DNA of 64,000 nucleotides, from positions 42,262,788 through 42,326,787 of the forward strand of contig CM120640.1 of NCBI GenBank assembly GCA_051362555.1. Direction: 5' to 3'. Positions 1 to 12,902 of this stretch are shown piece after piece; positions within the stretch are counted from its first letter, which is position 1, and each line of letters begins with the position of its first letter. The stretch comes from Lingula anatina. Its lineage: Eukaryota > Animalia > Brachiopoda. The notes beneath the pieces were generated by a model. The model was not told where the DNA came from and ran no database searches. It saw nothing but the letters and a program-made list of their open reading frames with translations. Both the position numbers and the translations under genes were made by a program.

Positions 1-1257
1 TAATTGAGTAATCCATGAAAACCATGTGGAGTTTTGTGTTTTGTTGGGCCTTGCTTATGCGACAGATTTTAGCAATTCTTTCAGGCTTCTAGCTTTGAAT
101 GACATAACTTACTCTTGCCGTACGTTTCAATCGTTTTGCAAAATTTTTGTAAGTTTTCCGGAATACGTTTTGGAAATGCATATGTGTTTGTCTTTTATAA
201 TGTTTGTATTACGTTCTGGAAGAACATTATAATATTATACCGTTTTAATAACACTCATAAGAACTGTTACAACAACAAAATATGTTATAAAACGTTTTTT
301 TTTTTCTTTTTTTCTTTTTTTTTTTTTTTTGTGGAGATTAAAAACGTCATCGTAACGTTAAGATGACGTTGCAGATAAGTTTACGAAATGTTTCTATAAA
401 AGACTATATTACCGTCATCTAGTGTAATTTTTTTTATGATTTTATAACGTTCTGGAACGTCTTATAATAATGTTTTGAAAACGTTTTTATAACTAAAAAA
501 ATAAGTTATGACAACGTTATAATAAAAAGTTTAGACGTTCATAAAACGTCAACAATAATAATTCAATACAAAATCGCTCAATTTAATTTAAAAAGAACAA
601 CAAACCGGTACTCCAAATGATCGAGAAAAATGTACTTGAAGCACCTCACTTATATTGACACAACGCTATGACCAAGTATGGTCAGGATACTGCTTATTAT
701 ATACTCCATTAGTCAGCATTACATAAATCTTTATATTAAAATTATATATGGAATGTATATACCCAGCAGGCATAGTGACGTTGGATCAACGTTGAAAACG
801 GGTTGATACGTTGAATTGCCGTTGATCTACCTAAATTCAAAGTAAAATCAACGTTGATCCAGCCACTTCAAAACACCGTCATAATGTGACGTTGACTCAA
901 CGTTGTATTTTGGTCATTGACTCAACGTTGTTGTTTGGTCGTCGTGATGCAAGACATGGATTGTAACTTTAAATATTAGTTATTGAAAACGTGATAATTT
1001 GTTTATCAATACTGTAACTAACTTTATCAAAATAATAAAAAAAATATTTTAAAGTAAAAGTGAAAGTTGTTTTGTCTCTTTAGTGAACTAGTGAATTTTC
1101 TTAACTTGTTATTCAGAAATACATTCCAATAAACTTTCTTGCAAGGTCAGCTAACACCAGGATGAATAAGTCGTTGTAAATGTGATGGAGTGAAGTTAGT
1201 TAACAAAGTTGACAGTTCTTGGTACCCTGTTATAGATAGCCAGGTTAAGGTGACTGT

Positions 1258-2588
1258 GGCGCGTATTCCAGAATTTCCCTTTAGCGTTAAGGGTGACTTG
1301 AAGTCGACCTTATACGAAATTTGTATTCCAAGACCTTTCTTTATCTCACTTGAAAGGAATCACTTAACAATCATCCTTAGGAAAGGAATCGGTCATTTCT
1401 AGAATCTGCATTTGCTTAAAGATTTCCTTTATTTTCGGCTGAGGATTCCTTAAAATGTAAGGTTGGTCTGGAGTAACTTTTAGTCTTCCTTAAGCAGCCA
1501 TCGTGTACAGTTCTCTTGTGAAAATCAGCTTCATGGAGGACTATGTAAACCAACATGCCTACCCAAATTCAAATTCATTAAATTCAACTAGAAAAGCACT
1601 CCGAGAGCAAAGTCTCCACCCAATTTTCATTCTATAATGATTTAGTTTTTTATTTTTGATTATTGATTGATTATTGATCCGGATCACCACCAAAAACTAA
1701 TCATGTGTTCCTTGGCCCACTTGTGACAGTTCCTGAAAACTTCATCACAATCGGCACATAACTTTTTGAGTAATTTTTGATTTTTGATTATTGATTGATT
1801 ATTGACTTGATCACCACCAAAAACTAACAACTTCTAAGTTAACCCATTTCTGACCTACCCTGTACATTTCATAAAAATCGGTCCTGAACTTTTTGTGTTA
1901 TTTTCGATTAATGATAATTGGTTGATTATTGATCTTGATCACCACCAAAAACTAATCACTTCTAATATAACCCATTTCTGACCTACCCTGAAAATTTCAT
2001 CAAAATCGGCCCGTAACTTTTTGAGTTATGTTGATGACAAACAAACAGACAGACAGAAGACAAACAGGGGTGAAAACAACCTCCTTGACGGAAGTAATAC
2101 ATTTGATCGAGGATAGGCTTTTCTCTGTTGACCAGTTGCATCAGTAGCTGCTTTTCGATATCAGAAAAGGGTCGACGACTTTGGTTTTCTCATCATCCAA
2201 ATCATTCTTTTCTCTTCTAGGAATACTTGCTTTATTTACTAAATTTGGCTTAGATCAAAACATCCACATGTAGTGATAATGTCCATATGCGCTGTTGCAT
2301 GACTGAAGTTGATCAGTTGACCCCAATTATACAACATTACTGAGGCGTTTTTAACGAGGAGGGTGTCACAAAGACCTACTCTAACCAATGAGGAGCTCCT
2401 TTATGTCAGTGTCCCTTACCTAAAGACTAACTTTTGTCAAAGTAATTCCTTATCAAAGGAGAGGCTAAAGTGTGGTCTTAGGATACCATTTCGTTAGGCC
2501 TTCCTTTACCAAGGAACACCTCATTAAAGGAAGCCTTTATAAAAGTTGACCTTAGACCTATTTCAAGGAATATCTTGAAATACGGGCC
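1258..2588. mobile_element. PIF/Harbinger-like element remnant nested in the 762-3099 element
   Basis: Ends GGCGCGTATT ... AATACGGGCC flanked by TGT/TGT, with many AAGGA subterminal motifs. The - strand at ~2105-2180 reads SRRPFSDIEKQLLMQLVNREKPILD, resembling the Myb/SANT-like partner ORF of Harbingers. Confidence 0.6.
1586..2097. mobile_element. Helentron-associated non-autonomous element (HINE/DINE-like) with central tandem repeats
   Basis: Starts AACTAGAAAAGCACTCCGAGAG, carries three ~127-130 bp units (gatcaccaccaaaaactaa at ~1682, 1809, 1937) and an ACAG microsatellite, and ends in an imperfect hairpin CTCCTTGACGGAAGTAA. Confidence 0.7.
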
Positions 2589-2598
2589 TGTGACTTTG

Positions 2599-2599
<1 letters not shown>

Positions 2600-2690
<91 letters not shown>
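2600..2690. repeat. (TA)n microsatellite, about 45 units
   Basis: Seen directly. Confidence 0.98.
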
Positions 2691-2693
<3 letters not shown>

Positions 2694-3291
2694 AAACTAA
2701 ACCTCGGAAATCCTAACTTACAGGCCATACAAATATACCCTACATATATTTAGCCATCAAACATGTCCTACTGCTAAACTCATCCAGGCTATAAGGGTGT
2801 ACCATGCTTAGGTGCAAAACATGCTTAGGAGCTAAATGCGTTGAAAAAATCAAACATAGCAGGCACTTGGATGTTTTTACAGTGTACGTTATGATTGTGT
2901 ACCTGTGCTTTGTACCAAAAATAATAACATTTCAGGTCATTTTAATGTCTTTTCATGCAATAATGTTGTCTAACAACTGGGGTTGATACAATGTTGTTTT
3001 CTGACGTTGATCCAACTTTCAAATCCAAAATTTATCCAACATCTTATCAACATCTTATATGTTGTTTCAACGTTTAAACAACATAATTTGCCCTCTGTGT
3101 AAAGTCTGCACACACAGTTTTTTTTTCATTCAAATAATAATAATGATAATAATAAAAATGATAAAAATGATAATTATAACGATGTTTTAGAAATAAACAT
3201 TTTCTATAGCACCTTATAATACTTATTTTAAAATATTTCCATGCCTTAAGGGCTAATTGGGTCAAGACCATTTTGTAATTTGTTGTACATA

Positions 3292-3523
3292 TACTGACAG
3301 TTAATGAAAACGCATCATTTATTTATCAAATTATATTTTAAGTTCCTTTGGCACATTAAGAAAATAACAGTTTTCGTGTAAAATATGTGAAATATGAAAT
3401 AGTGGTCAGCCCACTCTCTTATGACCAAACCAGTGCATTTGTACTCGTTTATATGGTTGGAATCGATTCTCGGTAAAAAAAGTACAAGAAAGTTTTCTGA
3501 TGCGTTTTCATTGACTGTCAGTA
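3292..3523. mobile_element. MITE with 26-bp TIRs
   Basis: TACTGACAGTTAATGAAAACGCATCA ... TGATGCGTTTTCATTGACTGTCAGTA (1 mismatch). TA or ATAT duplication; the site is empty in the paralogous segment (~30030). Confidence 0.8.
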
Positions 3524-6500
3524 TATCTTAATGTTATAGATGACTTTAATATTTGACGTCTTACAACGTACATGTATGTTTATTATGATACCCAATAAAC
3601 TATATTTGTCATCAACAGGTCGAGAATAAACTCATTTCGCTATGTGAGCATTAGGAAAATCTTCTCGCTCCCATTCCTAGTAACTAAGTTCGTATATCTC
3701 TAGATCTCCAGATAAGACGCACTTGTAATATATAATCTAGAAATCTTAACTGTCTGAAAGGAAGATACTGTGACTGTGGTTCTTAAATGGTTGCTACACT
3801 CCCAATGCACAATTTTAACATTTTTGCACAGCTAACACATTTCACCAGTATTTGCATTTCAGCATCAGGGCGTCGCCAATGCAGGGACATCCTCATGTTG
3901 CTCACTATTTTAAGTGTGTTAAGGCTAAGTGTTTTAAGATTTAGGCTGAGATAAATGTCACAACTCTATAGGAAAAATAAGTAAACCATTTCATATGAAA
4001 TTAGTTGTATTTCACATAGGTACAACTAGAATCAGCGTTACTGATCCCAAGTAAGCGTTTTTCCTGAGGATGGTTGTGGAGAACATCCGGGTCATATGAT
4101 ATGGTCAAATAAGAATTTCGTATTTTACATGGGCCAGAGAAGTTGCAACCGAAAATTACATTTCTCTACAAAAAGCATCCAATCCAATAAATTTGCCGAA
4201 TATGACTTTTGTAAAAAATTGTACAAGTGTCTTCGAAATATTCAGAATTTTCATGCAAATTAAAGACATTTGAGTCTGTTGACATTGGTTCTATAAATAC
4301 ACGTACTTGTCAAGGGACTCCCCAAAACTACTTTATCAATTCGTGTTTACATAAATTCTTATAGTATCGCAGTTTGTATCTACTTGTAAATAGTAAAGTA
4401 AACCATGTACCTTCCTTCTCCCTCGGCTAAATACTGTAGCTACCTTTATTTTCCATAGAACAGTCAATTGTAGTTTGTATTGTTACATATATATATTATC
4501 AGTTAACGGGCCGGTGCCTTTCCATCTCTGGTGTGGTTCACTGTTTAAGACAACTATTTAGTAAACATATATCATTTTGCATTGTTTATTGAGGTTGAAA
4601 AAGGTCATAACCAATCGTTGTAAAGAAATGAGGTTTTCTCCCCAAAAATAAGTACTTGCCAGAAGTTCCTCGAGTTTCATTACAAGAGGATTGTTTGACG
4701 TTAATGCACATTTTGGCACTTGAAAACAAAGGAATTTGTAAAAAACTGACACACCCTGCCAGGTACGGCTTTTCTTTAAAAAGTAAAACATTCAATTATT
4801 TTTAAGCCCTTTATGGGCTTATCCTTATATACCTGGACTCTCACATTGTTATGTGGTTAAAAGCACTGGCCTTGAAATTATAGGGCGTAGCTGTAAATTG
4901 CCACAATTTTTGTCAGGAGTTCTTTCTACAGGGTAAATGCAAGGAATAAGATGAATAAACAATAAATGCTAGTCACTTAAAAGTTAAAACTGAATGGTGA
5001 CTAGTGCAATGCACAGGGTGTAACGACACTTGGCGTGGTTTTCTTAACTGATCGGCGACACCCGTTTTTTAAATTTTTTTTATGAACTTGGATGTCTTTC
5101 CATACAAAAAATTGTTTAAAAAATTCGAAAGTTAGAGCATTATAAAAATATGATTTAGTAAAGCGACACCCATTTTCCGCTTGATTAGAATGGGGACTAG
5201 TGCAATACGCAGGATGCAATGCAATTCAACTTGCCGTAGTTTTCTAATTTGGGCGGTGGCCACTAAATTTGCACTTGGATGTCTCTTCGTACATTTTTTT
5301 TATTCGAACGATAGAACATTATAATAATAACGATTTAGTGAAAGAACACAGAGTTTCCCATTTAAATACACAGAGAGTAACGTTCTTGTTCCTAGTTCTA
5401 TTATGACCGATGACCCCCCCCCTTTTTTTTTTTGCAATTTTTTAACGCACTTGGATATATCATGAAACAATAATTTTTTTTTAAAAAATTAAAAAAAAAA
5501 AAAACAGCAGCGAGTGATCAACCTTAAATGTACATGTGTTTATGAAATATTCACAATTTTCATGATATTTGAGTTATCTGTGTCTGGTAACACCTATATG
5601 AGAAATATCTGTCAAGGTTTTCTCTGAATTACCGTACCTAGCACAGTTCAGAGATTCTTTTAATATCTCCGTAAATATCAAAACACCACCTGCACCTCTA
5701 CCTTCTCCTGCAGGCAAATATCCGTACCCATCTTTATTTTTCATAGATTCCCTAACTGTATTGTGTATTGTTCCATTTATATATTATCAGTAAATAGATT
5801 GGTGCCTGTCCCTCTGTGGTATGATTCATTGTTTACAACAACTATTTAGAAAACTTATTTTATGACGCAGCGTACACCGGTATTTAGGTTGAACAAGGTC
5901 ATAACCTGATGTTGTCAGAAAATGAGTACTCTTCAATTTTCTAAACATAGATAAATCATTTAATTGTTTGTGTTTGTCACTCCAAAATATCCATTTTGGC
6001 ACTTGAAAATGTTTTAATATGAGAAAGACCTTTGTCACGTAGGTCGTTTCACTTGAAAACGATCCATTCATTATTCATTGCCAAACGGTTTACGGACGTG
6101 TACTAGATACGGGGACACTGCACTCCATTTTTCATAAATGTACTGGCTTTAAAATTTTGCGCTAAACATGATAGTTGACATCATTGTGGTAAGGAGTTCT
6201 TTTTATATATAAAAATGGACAACTTCTAGATAAAAATGAAAATTGATGTTCAACAGATACTAGCAATCAACTGTCCAACTTGTCAATCATCACTAATATT
6301 TTGGTAGGCGATGTTTATTTTATGAAATGACCATTTTAGGATTAGCGAAACTTGTTGCTTACGTTTAGAAGAAAAATATTTCCCTCTTCATCACATAGGT
6401 ATATGTTTTATTTTGGTTAATTTATTTTGTTGCCGGAACATGATGAGTCAAAGCCATCCATTTAAGGTGTACCGGTAGCGCAACAAAGCAGTAACATTTT

Positions 6501-8102
6501 TCAGCGGTAGACAAATATAACTGGAATGCTATTGAAATTTAACAGGTGTATACTCACAGATCAGGAAAGGTCCTGAAATGTTATTTACGACTTGGAAAAT
6601 ATTAACAAATTATTAACATTGAAATGGAACACGTGTCCGTGGGGTGAATGTTTCTTGCATGAAAAAAAAATAGAATTCGACCTAAAAAGGACCCAAAGAG
6701 CGCAAATCTTCGTTATAGGGCAGGCCAATTCTTATTATCACTTAATTAAGTTTTTTATTGCCGTATCAACCCCAAAAGCTAATCGACTCTAAGTTTACCA
6801 ATTTTCACACATTTTTTTTTCAAACTCCGTTTATAGTTGAGTTGTTAACTAACAAACCAACAAAGGCAAACAAATTGCCATAAGCAATAAGTGGGTGATC
6901 AATCGAAATAAAGTTGCAATTCGTGCAATGTGTATATTTATACTTTTATAAACATATGTATAGTAATCATTTAAATGCACACCTATATGAAATATCAGCA
7001 ATATAATAATCGGCGCGGATAATTTCAAAAGTGAAGTAATGTTTCAAAGACATATTGAATATTTTTAAATACTTCAGATAGATGGAATGAACAGGTGTCT
7101 CTGTGAGAGTGAGGATTTAGCCGAACATACAGAATAATACCAAGATCTAACTTGATAAAAACATCTTTTGAATTGAAGAACAATTGTCTTTAAAGTTCAA
7201 AAGCAAGAGCTGCTACAATTTTGAGTTATTACAAAACTCAACACGTTTTACATAAATTTTTTCTATGCCCATGCAAACATAAGATATGTTTCCCACTTAT
7301 TAAAGTGTAGTGCTTGATTAACGGCTCTACAATTTGTGAGTAGATTTTTTTTACGAAATATGCAAATAAAGGATCAGAAGAAAAGACATTTTGAAAAGAA
7401 GTTCCTAATTACTTGGTTTATCGACAAAAATACCTTGAAAAAATTAAAGAACACCGAGGTTAACTGCACGGGTCGTTGTTGATTCAGATTTTTTTGTGTT
7501 TTAAATGCCTGACTACAAAAAGTCTAATTTGAGTGTATGTGATCCTTTTCCTAGTAAACTATAAGTGTAATAGGAAAATAAAAAATTGAAAAACATCAGG
7601 CAAATCAAAATCCTCTACGGCATCACGTTTCACAAACAAAGGCGATAAACACGGAAAAAGATTTCTATGATATTAACCCCGCATAACATACATGTACCAC
7701 TAATTAATAATTAACTAATATTCCTTCAATTATAGCTAAATGTTCGATATACAACCAAATTCCATAAATATAAAACCCTTTGTTAAACAGCCCCTCTCAT
7801 ATATTAGCACACCTATACGCCATTAAAATTATTATAAATTTTATTTATCTATTTATATATGAAGTGCACGCGATGTTCAATTTGCGCAGATCCTTGCAAA
7901 AAGAAAACATTAGAGAGTTTGGAAAACATTGAAAACAGGAAGTTCAATCAAAGAAGTGAGGCCTATATACTAAATTAAATGAAAATCTATCACTCTATTC
8001 AGTTTGTCCGTTTGGCTTGTTGACCAAAACTATACGTTCCGAATCTTTAGCAAAGCAGCACTCTGCAAATGACTTCATTCAATTTTTCTTCTCCATATCT
8101 CA

Positions 8103-11100
8103 TCAGTTAATCAGGGTGCAACTACTCTGAAAAAATAAATACGAAAATTCAAAAGTATTCAGAGTGTAGTTAGATGCCCCATATTCCAAATATCTCATCT
8201 CATTTCGGTGGGTGAGGAGTTGGGGAGGAATGAGGAAGGTTATGTGGGTGGTATAAAAGGATATCGATACTAAATGATGCTTACTAGATACTGATAAAAC
8301 CAGCTATAAAGCTTTTGAGCGGTTTACCGGTATGATAATCTGTTATCTTTAAGGGAAAAGTTAATTCCTCAATCACAGACAATTATCTACCAGTTAACAA
8401 CAACAGCTGTAACAAATAAAAATGACACAAACACAGACACACACAAAAAAATGAAAATGAGAAAAAAAAAAGAAAACACGGGTAAATTAAATTGTAGTTG
8501 ACAAAAAATAATATACTGGGTTATCAATGCAATATACAATTATCTACAAAATAAATGTTTAGCGCCCTTGAATTATTTACAAAAATATGACTGCACCTAT
8601 AAAATGAGAAAACAGTGGGAAATGGAACATTTGTGCATCTTGTTTTTTTCAATTGAAACTCAGCCATTAGCACTGATAGAGATGTAAAGAGGGATGGTGT
8701 GTCCAATATCAATTTTTATATTCAGATTCATCTTAATAAATGCTATAAATTAGTAAGCATCAATGTTTTTCTTTTAAATATACTTATCCCTTTACTACCA
8801 CATTTGTTTTTAAATGTTAATGATGGAGATAAAGAACTTACCGAGTAAAGATCGATGGTTAAAGTGCAATAGCATATGTTGTTACCACAGCAACCTCTGT
8901 ATCTCTGTGTAAGAAACCAAAAGCCAGTAGAATATTTATTGCTACACAAAGCTGTGCAGGGATTCACTCTGACACGATTTTCTGCCACCGTGCCTGAATT
9001 GACTTTAACGACACTAGCACTCGGGGAACAGATAGATGGCGACACTGAAACAAAATGAAGACGGATCTGCATTCCTTAGTCTTTTATCTTATATACTGTA
9101 TAAGTGACATGCATTAAAAGCTCCATATTTGTAATTTCAAAATAAAAAAGAACACGGATTTCCAACTAAAATACTTAAATCTAACATGAAATACGTTTCC
9201 ACTGTGTTTCCAAGTTTTATATGTAATTAAAAAGATTATGCCTATCTGAAGAAAAGAAAAACACAAGTTGGAGTGATAAACAGTGCGTTATAAAGTAAAA
9301 ATACCTCATGGTAAAGTAAACGGTACGCTGAGCATCATCAGCATCGCCGCATTATAAAAAATAGATCTTATCTTATTGCAGTAAGAGTTAATGCTAATGA
9401 CAAACTCGTGGGGTTTAAAAGCCAAAGGTAACATTACAAGTAAATTTTATGGCATAATCATCAAACATGCATTTAAGTTCCATATATTAGTAATTTTAAG
9501 ATAAAAAAAGACCAGGGGATTCCAACTAAATTTTGTTTTTAATGGTCATTTGAAAGAATAACATACCGCATTACATATTTGCCTGTGGTTGTTAAGTGCT
9601 TTAATTACCATAGTCATTACTGTAAATTTTTATTATCATGAACAAAGTGCTGTGTATCATTGAAAAATGTATGCAATACAACACTATCAAGTATTTTGAT
9701 ACTCTTAAATTTCTTTAAAAGAGTTAAAACTCACATGTGGTGGGGGCGGTGGTGGTAGACTCTGCGGTTGTTGACTCAGTGGTTGTTGACTCAGTGGTGG
9801 TAGGTTGAGTGGTTGTAGACTCGGTGGTGGTAGACTCGGTGGTAGTTGACTCAGTGGTGGTCGAGTCGGTGGTAGTTGACTCAGTGGTAGTGTCGGTGGT
9901 TGTTGATTCAGTGGTGGTCGAATCGGTGGTAGTTGACTCAGTGGTGGTAGAATCGGTAGTCGTTGACTCAGTGGTCGTGTCAGTGGTTGTTGATTCGGTG
10001 GTGGTTGAATCGGTGGTAGTTGACTCAGTAGTGGTCGAATCGGTGGTCGTTGACTCAGTGGTGGTAGAATCGGTGGTAGTTGACTCAGTGGTGGTCGAAT
10101 CGGTGGTAGTTGACTCAGTGGTGGTAGAATCGGTGGTCGTTGACTCAGTGGTGGTAGAATCGGTGGTAGTTGACTCAGTGGTGGTCGAATCGGTGGTAGT
10201 GGACTCAGTTGTGGTAGAATCGGTGGTAGTTGACTCAGTTGTGGTAGAATCGGTGGTAGTGGACTCAGTTGTGGTAGAATCGGTGGTAGTTGACTCAGTG
10301 GTGGTAGAATCGGTGGTCGTTGACTCAGTGGTGGTATTATCGGTGGTAGTTGACTCAGTGGTGGTCGAATCGGTGGTAGTTGACTCAGTGGTGGTAGAAT
10401 CGGTGGTCGTTGACTCAGTGGTGGTAGAATCGGTGGTAGTTGACTCAGTGGTGGTAGAATCGGTGGTAGTTGACTCAGTGGTGGTCGAATCGGTGGTAGT
10501 GGACTCAGTTGTGGTAGAATCGGTGGTAGATGATTCAGTGGTAGTGTCGGTGGTTGTTGATTCGGTAGTGGTAGACACTGTAAACAAAGAAGACCAGATA
10601 TGATTTTTGGTCTGAATCTTGTCGGAACCTGTACAAGTAATAGCAATTAGTTAAAGGGAAAAATATCATCTTAACGTTACAGTTGCTATACATATTCGTA
10701 TTATTAGTTTAGATATTAAAACACTCACCAGTCGTTGTTTCTGTGCATGTTCCACACTGAAAGAATTAAGCAACACAATATTGAAACAAATTCTGTATAT
10801 CGCCGCGATAATAATCATAATGTCTCCAATTAAATTGTTAAATGATTGAATAAGCAAGTTTTACGTCAAGTTATGCAAGGTTGTTAAATATCCACTTTTT
10901 ATGAATGTACATGTATGATTACGATTTTTTTCAAAACCATTTAACTGAATGTCCATAAACCATACTTAAAATTTCATTTTGCCGACGCGTCTGTGTAAAG
11001 TGTTTAAAAAGGAATGGCGTTGGTCTTCAGCAAAAAGTTATATCGCTTATTCTGTATAAATGAGTAAATGAATCAATATTTAAATCTTTATCACTCCTAG

Positions 11101-12235
11101 AAATGAGGTTGCTATTTTCCCTGCTTGGTTAAGTATTTCCGATCTAAGAGGTCCAGGATAATAAAGGACTATTTCCACAAACATTTCTTTCATTTACGGA
11201 TTTTCTACATTTATCTTACGCTACCCTCTTATTACATTATATTTATCATGATGTTTTATTTATATTGATCATTGCCTTTTTTTATTCAACATTCATTGAA
11301 ATAAACAACGTTTAACTTACCGGGGGAGTACTTAAAGCGTAATAGCAGATGCACCTGCTGGCACACGCACCAGTCCCACAGCACCCGATAAATATCGGTA
11401 GAGGGAAGTTAGTTATACATGCTGCTATGCAGGCGTCTAATGTACCTGTGGCAGTGTAGATGGTAGCCGAGTCATAAAGATACACCTCTGAACAAGCTAG
11501 TAAGATTAAAAAATAAGAAAAAAAAACACTTAATAAAATAGCATTATTTGTATTCCATTAAAAACAAATCTGAGCGAAAGAAAAACATCTTAAAACAAAC
11601 CATTTAGTTATTACAATTTTGCTGAAGAAAAAAATAATAACAATTAAAATACATTTTTCTCGGTATGACGACTTGTACTGAATACACTTTCCTTAAAATA
11701 TATCTGGACAAGAGTACTTAGTGTTACATTAGCTTCAAATGATTAACAAAAAGTATTAAACTTTTATATAAAATCCCTCTATTAAGAAATATATGGGATT
11801 CGCGTGGTGTTTTGACGTATATCTGATATGGTGAGAGAGCGAGAGTGAAAGGTTGTGTTATTACCTGTCTGTCCTTGTACAGTGGTTGGTGGAACTGAAA
11901 GAAAAAAGTGAATTAACATTAATGTTCTATCGATGTTTATGTACAAATTGGGTCATTAGATGTTAAACAATAAAGTAGTAAATACATGTATATCAGTGGA
12001 AACCCCACATGATCAGAATCGAGTAAAACATGTAGGTTAGAAAAGAATAGTTTAACGACTGTTTGTTCGATTATATCTAATCTCTCACATCATTTTTACA
12101 CTTAGTACAAAAATACAAAAACACTAAACATAGCTAACGTCAATTTGTTGCTTCCTATTCCAAGCACTCACCCAACGTTACAGAAATATACAAAGTAAAG
12201 AGAAGGTGCACGACCGCTTTCACTGACAAACACAT
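8103..12235 (-). CDS. Gene A: secreted Cys-domain / acidic Thr-rich mucin-like / Cys-domain protein, 7 coding exons, 455 aa
   Basis: Exons (- strand): 12172-12235 (MCLSVKAVVHLLFTLYISVTL, signal-peptide-like), 11865-11894 (VPPTTVQGQT), 11321-11496 (ACSEVYLYDSATIYTATGTLDACIAACITNFPLPIFIGCCGTGACASRCICYYALSTPP), 10729-10756 (CGTCTETTT), 9735-10577 (281 codons of ESTTT/DSTTT), 8842-9044 (SPSICSPS..NPCTALCSNKYSTGFW..RGCCGNNICYCTLTIDLYS), 8103-8126 (SSCTLIN*). All introns are GT-AG with phases 1,1,0,1,1,0; the exons sum to 1368 nt with no internal stop. The same exon layout recurs in gene B. Confidence 0.88.
9750..10575 (-). repeat. Coding minisatellite, 30-bp unit of two 15-bp halves (ESTTT-DSTTT)
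   Basis: Tandem (gagtcaactaccacc gattctaccaccact)-type units filling gene A exon 5. Confidence 0.95.
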
Positions 12236-12304
12236 CCTTAGCTGTGGTTCTGTTGCAGACATTACTGACTCTCTCCAGAATGTACATGTAAAAATCCCCG
12301 GTCG

Positions 12305-12312
12305 TTTATATA
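12305..12312 (-). promoter_or_regulatory. TATA box of gene A
   Basis: TATATAAA about 70 nt upstream of the ATG; conserved in position and context in all three paralogs. Confidence 0.75.
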
Positions 12313-12629
12313 GCCTGTCACCATACAGAATCTTATTTGCTGTCCACGCCCACTTTGTTACTTACAAACGAAGCACGCGGTGTAACAAATGATACTATCT
12401 TCCCGTTACTTTTTGTGCTGTGTGCTGTCTGTCACTGATAACTGTATAATAAATACTTCTCCCCCATGATAAGATAAGATAAAATAGACATTGAATCAAT
12501 TTCAATTTCAAGGACAGTTAGCTACCACTGGATGTTAAATTCACGTAACTGAAAACGTTGGTTATATATATTTATATATATATATATATCACCACTTTTG
12601 TATTCACAGTTTATTGTGTTGCTTCGTAT

Positions 12630-12902
12630 CCCGATTGTTTGATTGTCAAGTTTGAGGAAGATACCACCTGCGCTGGCCTTATTAGCACTTCTGAGTCAGA
12701 TTATCGAAATCAAGTTTCTGCCCTTGTTTCATGGTGCTCTGAAAACGACCCCGAGCTCAACGTTAAAAAGACGTAAGAAATTATCGTAGTTTTTAGGAAA
12801 AATCCAACAGAAATCTGTTATCTTATGCTAAATGGTTCCGAATTTGAAAAAGTTAGACATTTTAAATTTCTTGGCATACATATCTCTGATGATCTAAAAT
12901 GA
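12630..12902 (+). mobile_element. Degenerate LINE reverse-transcriptase fragment (Rex/Babar or L2-like)
   Basis: Reads IVKFEEDTTCAGLISTSESDYRNQVSALVSWCSENDPELNVKKT*EIIVVFRK..NGSEFEKVRHFKFLGIHISDDLK*, matching the KFADDT..LNVKKTKE..FKFLG signature with mutated catalytic Asp residues. It is absent upstream of paralog C. Confidence 0.85.

Larger units (their letters stand above)
762..3099. mobile_element. Non-autonomous TIR DNA element (CCCAG-type ends, TA target duplication, AACGTTGA subterminal motifs) hosting nested inserts
   Basis: TA|CCCAGCAGGCA ... TGCCCTCTGTG|TA. It is absent at the homologous site in the duplicated segment (~29815-29822). Confidence 0.7.

Noticed and set aside
9705-10646. 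Long ORFs in other frames of the rod exons (ILPPLSQLPP repeats; antisense VVVDSVVVES repeats), also at 27069-27356, 35927-36214 and 38312-40239
   Set aside because: These are by-products of a stop-free 15-bp repeat. Only the Thr-rich frame fits the splice phases of the flanking exons.
12236-12262. In-frame upstream ATG in gene A (MSATEPQLR extension)
   Set aside because: It is not conserved in B (ATA) or C (AGG), so the shared downstream ATG was taken as the start. Use of the upstream ATG in A cannot be excluded.
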